DNA of 40,646 nucleotides from a virus. Taxonomy: Duplodnaviria; Caudoviricetes. The notes under the pieces were generated by a model that was given only the letters and a program-made list of their open reading frames with translations, did not search any database and was not told where the DNA came from. Of this stretch, positions 34,928-40,646 are shown piece by piece. Both the position numbers and the translations under genes were made by a program. Each line of letters starts with the position of its first letter. Position 1 is the first letter of the stretch. The stretch is from IMG/VR virus record IMGVR_UViG_3300017971_000130, positions 1-40,646 of that record. One strand, given 5' to 3'.

Positions 34928-35325
34928 TTTTTTTTATCATCTTTCTTCTTGATATCATGTTGTTGCTTCACATCGATTCCATCAAGCTCTAATACAATAT
35001 TTGACAAATTAACTATCGCCTCAGTTGGATTTTCATTAAATATTATTGTTGGCTTTAGGAATTTAACAATTTTAAATTTCTTAATAAGTTGATACCATTT
35101 CAAAGAGTTGTAATAAACTTTTACTGATTGGGAAATAGCCTTGCAATGAAGTAAATTCAATCTAAGCATTACGTCAGTGCCATCAGCACCATCAGCTTGA
35201 TCCTTACGGATCGCATTAAACTCTTCGAAATATTCAAAATAATCCGAAGCATCACGATCATACAGCCTAATAGTGATGCCATTAATTTCTACATCTTTAA
35301 ATTTACGTTCAAATATAGGATTCAC
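34915..35325 (-). CDS. Tail assembly chaperone (gpG-like)
   Basis: Between tail tube genes and TMP; ends GAT AAA AAA AAA GCG GAT TCA TAG. Confidence 0.78.
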   Translation of the reverse strand: MNPIFERKFKDVEINGITIRLYDRDASDYFEYFEEFNAIRKDQADGADGTDVMLRLNLLHCKAISQSVKVYYNSLKWYQLIKKFKIVKFLKPTIIFNENPTEAIVNLSNIVLELDGIDVKQQHDIKKKDDKKKADS

Positions 35326-35674
35326 TCAATGCTCCATTAATTTTAAATGTTAGTTGTGTTTTAATAGCTGTTTCAATGACTATGCTTTCAGATTTCGCAA
35401 CGCAAATTGCGCTTCCAGAATATCGAACATTTTGAGCATCTAATTGAAAAGAAAACCCAGCTCCACCTACAACTGGCAATACTTGATTTGCTTCTCTCCA
35501 TATATCCAAAGTGAAATCGCCTTCGAGTATACCTGCTTTAAAATCTTTATTGCTGCCAGAATCTTGATCAGTAACATCAAGAACATCAGCTGAATAATTC
35601 ATATTGCAATTAGTAAATGCATATGATATGCTATTAAAGGTAAATGATCCTGAAAGCAGAATGATCTTAGCCAT
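35309..35674 (-). CDS. Tail tube protein paralogue 4 (121 aa)
   Basis: LDVTDQDSGSNKDFKAG...YSGSAI...FKING; aligns with the three upstream paralogues. Confidence 0.78.
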   Translation of the reverse strand: MAKIILLSGSFTFNSISYAFTNCNMNYSADVLDVTDQDSGSNKDFKAGILEGDFTLDIWREANQVLPVVGGAGFSFQLDAQNVRYSGSAICVAKSESIVIETAIKTQLTFKINGALSESYI

Positions 35675-35686
35675 TTTTATTCCCTA

Positions 35687-36055
35687 TTAAGTTGCTGGAG
35701 TTTCAGTAACTGCTCCAGTAAATCTACCTTCAACTGTCATTTTCACGCCATCGTCAATTGCGGCTGAATTTTTAATTGATAGCAGAATAATATTGCCGGA
35801 ATATGTAAAGCCTTCGAAATCCAAAGAACCAGCATACACTTCACCCAGCGGTGGATCAGCTTGATTCACATCTTTCCACATTTCTACTGTTAATGGACGT
35901 TCTTGCCTGCCCGCAAGATATTCTTTTTCATTGCCAGTCGTATCAGTATCTGTCATATCTACTTCAGACAGGTTTTTATCGAGCGACAAATTTGTCACCC
36001 CATAAGTGACGGAATTGTACACAAACTTTCCGGTAGTTAAAACTTGCTTTGCCAT
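35687..36055 (-). CDS. Tail tube protein paralogue 3 (122 aa; likely the major one)
   Basis: GVTNLSL...EVDMTDTDTTGNEKEYLAG...YSG...IDDGVKMTVEGRFTG; strongest SD (AAGGAG) of the four. Confidence 0.82.
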   Translation of the reverse strand: MAKQVLTTGKFVYNSVTYGVTNLSLDKNLSEVDMTDTDTTGNEKEYLAGRQERPLTVEMWKDVNQADPPLGEVYAGSLDFEGFTYSGNIILLSIKNSAAIDDGVKMTVEGRFTGAVTETPAT

Positions 36056-36076
36056 TATTTTCTCCTTGTATATAAA

Positions 36077-36835
36077 TTAAGCAATTTCTTTTACACTTGC
36101 AGCTGTTACTGCTCCTCTGAATGAACCTACACCAAATTGAACAACTAAGCCTGTTGTGCCAACATCACCAAAAACTAAAAATGTTCCAACTTCACCAGCT
36201 GGTGTTGTTATTATTAAAGCTCCACAAATAGCAATTACACTACCAGAAGTACATGAAGATATTCTAACCAAATACATATATTCCGTTGATGATGTTGGTG
36301 TGAAATCATTTGTAACCGATGCTGCTGCAGATACTCCTGATCCAACAACAAGCTCCCCACCAGTTATCTCACAATCAACTCCGGTCGGATTTGAAATAGT
36401 CCAGCCAGTATCTGAATTGAAATTTGGTGATGTTAATTCTTCAGCACCAATAGTCTTTTGTGTTTCAGTCATTCCACCAGTAAATCTGCCTTCAATAGTC
36501 ATTTTGATTCCATCATCAATAGCAACAGAATTTTTAATGGAAAGAAAAATAGCTGAACCTGAATATTCATAGCCTTCAAAATCAATCCTAACATCTGAAA
36601 TTATAGAGCCTATTGGTGGATCAGCTTCATCAACTTGTTTCCAAATTTCTACAGTGAATGGAACTTCTTGCCTACTTGCTTGATATTCTTTTTCATCACC
36701 TGTTGTTAACGTATCTGTTAAATCAACTTCATTTAAATTTTTATCAAGTGATAAATTCGTAACGCCATAAGCCTTATAGAGATTAGTGTCAATCTGATAG
36801 GCAAAAAGCCCAGTTGCTAAAATTTGTTTTGACAT
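36077..36835 (-). CDS. Tail tube protein paralogue 2 with C-terminal jelly-roll/CBM-like domain (252 aa)
   Basis: N-terminal half is very similar to 35687-36055; the extension begins GAEELTSPNFNSDTGW. Confidence 0.78.
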   Translation of the reverse strand: MSKQILATGLFAYQIDTNLYKAYGVTNLSLDKNLNEVDLTDTLTTGDEKEYQASRQEVPFTVEIWKQVDEADPPIGSIISDVRIDFEGYEYSGSAIFLSIKNSVAIDDGIKMTIEGRFTGGMTETQKTIGAEELTSPNFNSDTGWTISNPTGVDCEITGGELVVGSGVSAAASVTNDFTPTSSTEYMYLVRISSCTSGSVIAICGALIITTPAGEVGTFLVFGDVGTTGLVVQFGVGSFRGAVTAASVKEIA

Positions 36836-36838
36836 TGA

Positions 36839-37648
36839 TTAACTCTCCGCTTTATATAGGTCAATCGACCGGATATTCAACCAATATGCTTCACCAGCAT
36901 CAGAATCCTTTATTACAAATTTAGTTGAAGCACTTGTAGTTGTAGTTAAATTAAATAAAGTGCCATCAGCAGCATCACCATTATCAAGTGTTAATATTAC
37001 ATCATCCTGAGTGCCTTCAAGTTGAACTGTAAGTTCTGCTCCGGCATCAAAACTGGCATCACTATATTTGAATTTATTTAAATAAGTTGCCCCATTTGTC
37101 AAAGCTGATGCGAAAGTTTGCTCGAATGAACATCCAGTCTGATCAACTATTTCCATATAAACATAATCACCATCAATATCGCTGCCCAGACTTAAATCTT
37201 CATAAGAGCCAACCACACTCCAATTATTAGGCGTTCCAGTTCCATCCCAACTTGTTTGATCAAAACCATTGGAATTAACCATTAGCTGTTCAAACAGTTT
37301 ATAGGTAGCACCGCTGAACTTAGCTCCTATGCTTAGCTTTACGGCGTCATCTATTTTTCCAGTCTCTTGAATCGAGAATATATATAAATCACCATAATAC
37401 ATGTTCTCACCGAAATCAATAATAACATTCTCGTATAGTGTACCGGCAACTAAATCAGCATCATCATTATCTCTAAACAAATCGATTGAAACTCCAAATC
37501 CTTTAATGCCTGCGCCATACTCCTTATAGCCGCCAGAATCAGTATCAGTTAAATCTATTTCACCAACTGATTCGCTGACTTGGAAATTAGTAACGCCCCA
37601 TGAATTACTTCCGATATATAATTGCCCAGTTGTAAACAGATACTTCAT
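36839..37648 (-). CDS. Tail tube protein paralogue 1 with C-terminal beta domain (269 aa)
   Basis: GVTNFQV...EIDLTDTDSGGYKEYGAG...IDDAVKLSIGAKFSG, then about 150 aa extension. Confidence 0.75.
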   Translation of the reverse strand: MKYLFTTGQLYIGSNSWGVTNFQVSESVGEIDLTDTDSGGYKEYGAGIKGFGVSIDLFRDNDDADLVAGTLYENVIIDFGENMYYGDLYIFSIQETGKIDDAVKLSIGAKFSGATYKLFEQLMVNSNGFDQTSWDGTGTPNNWSVVGSYEDLSLGSDIDGDYVYMEIVDQTGCSFEQTFASALTNGATYLNKFKYSDASFDAGAELTVQLEGTQDDVILTLDNGDAADGTLFNLTTTTSASTKFVIKDSDAGEAYWLNIRSIDLYKAES

Positions 37649-38037
37649 TATGATGTCTCCAACTCTAAAGTTGCTTCAATTAAAAGTTGTCTTGTTTTAT
37701 CATCAACTACATTCTCAAGCTTATTTGTCAACCTTAAATCTATAAACGAGAAGTTGCTGAAACTTAAATATTGATCTCTCGTTTTGATAAGATCAACAAA
37801 TTCAGATTCTAAAAATTCGCCATCAGAAAGATGCTCGCAATAAATAGATACTTGGAAATCTATCATTAAATATTCCTTCATTGTATCTCTATCATGAGCC
37901 GTATTAATTTCTGAAATTATAGCATAGTCACCAGATATATCAAAATCATCAGGTGCCTGATCCCAAAATAAATTACTTGAAACTGATGCGGCTCGATTCA
38001 GCAATCCATATATTTGAGTTCTAATCTCAGTATTCAT
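37648..38037 (-). CDS. Tail terminator/completion protein (SPP1 gp17-like)
   Basis: DQAP...YAII...FQVSIY pattern; position before the tail tube genes. Confidence 0.72.
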   Translation of the reverse strand: MNTEIRTQIYGLLNRAASVSSNLFWDQAPDDFDISGDYAIISEINTAHDRDTMKEYLMIDFQVSIYCEHLSDGEFLESEFVDLIKTRDQYLSFSNFSFIDLRLTNKLENVVDDKTRQLLIEATLELETS

Positions 38038-38369
38038 TATGCCTTGCCTTTTAAAATTTTGATTATTTTCTTTCTATTCCCTCTTAATGCTGGTCTTAAA
38101 TATGGTCTTGCCGCCAGCCCTCTTTGAGTCCCGAATTCAATATGAGGTGCGTATTCAACATTGGTTCCAATAGTAACAGTAATTGCTCTTCCACCTTTTT
38201 CAACAAATGGAGCAGACACTTCGATTGATTTTCTCAAATTCCCAGTCTTAACTGGAACCAAACTTTTGGCTGAAGTTTGAACAACCACTCCAGCTTTCAT
38301 AACTCTTCTAACCAGTATCCTATTTAATTTCGTTAGGAATTTGTCGCCATACCATTTGTTACTTTTCAT
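38037..38369 (-). CDS. HK97 gp10-like tail completion protein
   Basis: AKSLVPVKTGNLRKSI, GTNVEYAPHIEFGT, ARPYLRPA. Confidence 0.92.
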   Translation of the reverse strand: MKSNKWYGDKFLTKLNRILVRRVMKAGVVVQTSAKSLVPVKTGNLRKSIEVSAPFVEKGGRAITVTIGTNVEYAPHIEFGTQRGLAARPYLRPALRGNRKKIIKILKGKA

Positions 38370-38431
38370 TTTTTATACCATTTTTCGTATATTTATACGA
38401 AATCCCATATTTTCAATAAAATCTACAGACA

Positions 38432-38485
38432 CGCCCAAATTTAGCTTCTAACAAACGATCTCAGTCACCCATATAATTACACTCG
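38432..38485 (-). repeat. Dispersed element, copy E (core 38456-38485), upstream of the tail genes
   Basis: Minus strand reads CGAGTGTAATTATATGGGTGACTGAGATCGTTTGTTAGAAGCTAAATTTGGGCG; nearly matches copy D. Confidence 0.78.
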
Positions 38486-38629
38486 CAAAAAAAGATAACA
38501 TGAGTTGTTGATATGACTCATGTAAACGGTGGATACATAACCTAAACAATATCGTTTTATCAGTAACCTAAATTTTCAATGACCGTATAAAAACCGTATG
38601 CGATTTTCATTAATTATCTAAATTTTATA

Positions 38630-38803
38630 AATTTTCTAACGTACCAGTATAGCCTTTTCCTAACGTCTGATAAGTCTACTTTTCCTAACGTCTGATAAGT
38701 CTACTTTTCCTAACGTCTGATAAGTCTACTTTTCCTAACGTCTGATAAGTCTACTTTTCCTAACTGTTTTCAAAGAGCCTTTTCCTAACTTTCTCAAGTT
38801 AGC
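38630..38803. repeat. 25-bp tandem array (4 perfect units plus 3 degenerate units)
   Basis: CTTTTCCTAACGTCTGATAAGTCTA at 38654, 38679, 38704 and 38729; CTTTTCCTAAC recurs in phase at 38754 and 38779; a degenerate unit lies near 38630. Confidence 0.93.
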
Positions 38804-39139
38804 CTATTTTCTCAAGTTCAAATAAATTTCTTGATGGTGATTTTCTGCTCTCTTTACACTCGATAAAATTTCAACTGAAAAAATCTCAAATGTATTTCCA
38901 TCCCAAACAATCCTATCATTTTCCGCAATCGAAATATTAGGATCACAGAAGAGTCTGTAATCAGCGTCAACTTCATTCTTCTCATTTCGTAAAATCTCAC
39001 TCCCACTTAAAGGCTCGATAAATCCCTTAAATGGTGAACCAGCCAAGGCTGAATAAGTTTTCTCAATAGAGCCACCGGCATCAGTTGTGTTAAGTTGAAC
39101 TTGGACTGTAAAGTCATGTATGTAATTTGCTGAAATCAT
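38804..39139 (-). CDS. Head closure protein (SPP1 gp16-like)
   Basis: DAGGS, IEPLSGSE, DRIVWDGNTFEI, HHQEIYL. Confidence 0.85.
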   Translation of the reverse strand: MISANYIHDFTVQVQLNTTDAGGSIEKTYSALAGSPFKGFIEPLSGSEILRNEKNEVDADYRLFCDPNISIAENDRIVWDGNTFEIFSVEILSSVKRAENHHQEIYLNLRK

Positions 39140-39729
39140 TATACGATTTTAGCCCTCATGTAAGGTCTGAGTTTGCCAATTATTGAAGCTGGGTAACTTA
39201 ATATTGCTCCACTTGATCCACCACCGCTATCTCCATTCGTATAAGAGTAATTGCCGATTTTTTCAGACTTCAAACCAGAACTCGAAGAAACCATTTGTTT
39301 CATTCCGTATTGAATCATCATTGAAAAAGGTATTTTTAAACCGGCAGGAAAATTCACTTTGAATATATATACCGTATCAGGCTGTTTACTTTCGAGTTCA
39401 TCAACAAGTGTGTATATACTATTGATAGTAATTTCAGTATCAGTCAAAGTATTAATAGTCAAAACACTATCATTGTTTATAGACTCACAAATATAAATAT
39501 CATCACCAGCTGAAAACTCATCGGTGAAATTAGAGCCATTAGAAATTACATTTGTTGTGTTAGTGAAAGTAAAAGTCCCAGAAACATATAGCCTTTTATC
39601 TATAAAATAATTATTAAGCAAATCAACCAGATTATTCTGGGTCACCGGAATTAAAGAATTGATAAGATCATCATAAGTTGAACCAGTTATATTTAAAATG
39701 GCTTTTATTTCTTCTAAAGTAGCAATCAT
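39139..39729 (-). CDS. Head-tail connector/adaptor (SPP1 gp15-like) with inserted beta domain
   Basis: ATLEEIKAIL...DDLINSLI...NNYF N-terminus; GLKSEKIGNYSYT...YPASIIGKLRPY C-terminus. Confidence 0.82.
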   Translation of the reverse strand: MIATLEEIKAILNITGSTYDDLINSLIPVTQNNLVDLLNNYFIDKRLYVSGTFTFTNTTNVISNGSNFTDEFSAGDDIYICESINNDSVLTINTLTDTEITINSIYTLVDELESKQPDTVYIFKVNFPAGLKIPFSMMIQYGMKQMVSSSSGLKSEKIGNYSYTNGDSGGGSSGAILSYPASIIGKLRPYMRAKIV

Positions 39730-39734
39730 CTTGT

Positions 39735-39803
39735 AAGCTCCAAATTCGCCATGTAAGCTCTTAAAATTTTTCGAGCCTTATTATATGGCTTTAGTTGAGA
39801 TCG
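39735..39803 (+). repeat. Dispersed element, copy C (core 39772-39803)
   Basis: AGCTCCAAATTCGCCATGTAAG...TTTTCGAGCCTTATTATATGGCTTTAGTTGAGATCG. Confidence 0.78.
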
Positions 39804-39814
39804 GCTCACTGCGG

Positions 39815-40033
39815 CTATTCAGTGGCTTCACCTTCGGATTCTAAGTGATTTATAATTGCTTCGAGAATTTCTGCCTTTTTCATATCATGATCAATAATGA
39901 TATCAAGCTCTCCAGCTTTTTCAATGAGTTCATCCTTCTTTAATTTCTTCAATTCTACATAAGGATCAACTTCTGGTTTAGCATTTTGATTCCTTCTCAT
40001 TCTTTGAAAGCTTGTAATATTAGCAGTACTCAT
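39815..40033 (-). CDS. Small Rho-N/HeH-like domain protein downstream of the capsid gene
   Basis: LKKLKKDELIEKAGELDI...MKKAEILEAI; SD AAGGAG. Confidence 0.75.
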   Translation of the reverse strand: MSTANITSFQRMRRNQNAKPEVDPYVELKKLKKDELIEKAGELDIIIDHDMKKAEILEAIINHLESEGEATE

Positions 40034-40071
40034 TATAAACTCCTTAATTTATTGTAATTAGATTGATATAG

Positions 40072-40099
40072 AAAAGGCAGGGCAAAATATGCCCCACCT
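40072..40099 (-). terminator. Terminator/attenuator after the capsid gene
   Basis: Minus strand AGGTGGGGCA-TATTT-TGCCCTGCCT-TTT. Confidence 0.65.
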
Positions 40100-40114
40100 A
40101 ATCAGGAGGCAAGA

Positions 40115-40646
40115 CTAACTTGTAACATTAACGATAAGTGCGGCAACTCTGATGTTTTTCCGATCATAAACACGATCCCACGCTGTTGCCAACGCAAGCT
40201 CGGCATTACTCGGTGTATCATCAGTGATTGACGGCTCAGCATAAGCAATACCACGAATATGCATAATGACATGCCAACGAGTTACCATTACATCATCACC
40301 CTGTAGAGAATCACGGGCAAATTCTACCGGATATTTTGGATCAGCTTGACCAAAGCCAACTGCTCCCATTCCGAATAGAAAACAGGTGTAAGAATAACCA
40401 CCAGTAATAGCAGTTGTCGGCAGACCATCATCAACAACAACTCGATAACCAAGATAAGTCGGTATTGCTATTTTACCTTCGGATGGTGCGGCATTCTGAT
40501 TAATATTTACAACATTACCAGCGATATCAACCCACAAAATCTGATTCGTTTGCTGGAGATTTGTAAATACAGCCGAATGCATTGCGATTCCGGACAGCTT
40601 TGAAGCGGCATCACCCATTGTAGCAGCTGCCTTAATAACATTGGTA
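40115..40646 (-). CDS. Major capsid protein, 3' part
   Basis: IPTYLGYRVVVDDGLP, FLFGMGAVG and WDRVYDRKNIR match the SPP1 gp13 C-terminal half. Confidence 0.93.
   Translation of the reverse strand, partial: TNVIKAAATMGDAASKLSGIAMHSAVFTNLQQTNQILWVDIAGNVVNINQNAAPSEGKIAIPTYLGYRVVVDDGLPTTAITGGYSYTCFLFGMGAVGFGQADPKYPVEFARDSLQGDDVMVTRWHVIMHIRGIAYAEPSITDDTPSNAELALATAWDRVYDRKNIRVAALIVNVTS
40524..40646. repeat. Terminal direct repeat, identical to 1-123
   Basis: Exact match read by eye. Confidence 0.97.

Noticed and set aside
25635-36572. Short antisense or nested ORFs in lysis and tail genes (for example 25635, 25978, 26243, 27913, 28379, 29224, 29393, 30176, 32995, 33159, 34435, 36156)
   Set aside because: They overlap confident genes and have no independent coding signals.
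38630-38803. 25-bp array as a CRISPR or mini-CRISPR array
   Set aside because: The constant part is only 11 bp, the variable parts are 13-14 nt and four are identical, and no cas genes are present.
1-40646. Stop-codon reassignment, diversity-generating retroelement, introns/inteins, tRNAs, lysogeny module
   Set aside because: Genes are full length in the standard code with TAA, TAG and TGA all used as stops. I saw no reverse transcriptase, no interruptions in TerL, DnaE or the helicase, no cloverleaf and no integrase or repressor. A tRNAscan/Infernal run would be needed to exclude RNA genes formally.

Overview
The window is an apparently complete, circularly assembled ~40.5 kb tailed-phage genome; bases 1-123 repeat exactly at 40524-40646 and the major capsid gene runs across the junction. 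The minus strand carries an SPP1-like morphogenesis arm: TerS, TerL, portal, gp7/MuF, scaffold, gp13-like capsid, head-tail proteins, four tandem tail-tube paralogues, a frameshifting tail chaperone, a short tape measure, a putative head-spike base plus LamG fibre, a 3TM holin, an HNH nuclease and an amidase. The plus strand carries replication and nucleotide genes (SNF2 helicase, SSB-like protein, DnaE, VRR-NUC), with a divergent VirE-type primase-helicase. I saw no integrase, repressor, tRNA or CRISPR array. The strongest candidate for an undescribed system is the operon at 15428-22602: Nmad1/DUF1599-like, degenerate nucleoside-deoxyribosyltransferase-like, FAD-dependent Glf-like, non-canonical ThyX (RTR instead of RHR), internally duplicated MazG, GT-A glycosyltransferase and DnaE. 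It reads as a base-modification and glycosylation pathway. Other notable structure: two loci of promoter-ORF-terminator cassettes, five copies of a dispersed CGAG-N4-ATTATAT-N10/12-GATCG element, a 25-bp tandem array within the head-tail operon, an iteron-like origin, and apparent absence of GGCC. All family assignments come from motifs recognised by eye, not from database searches.
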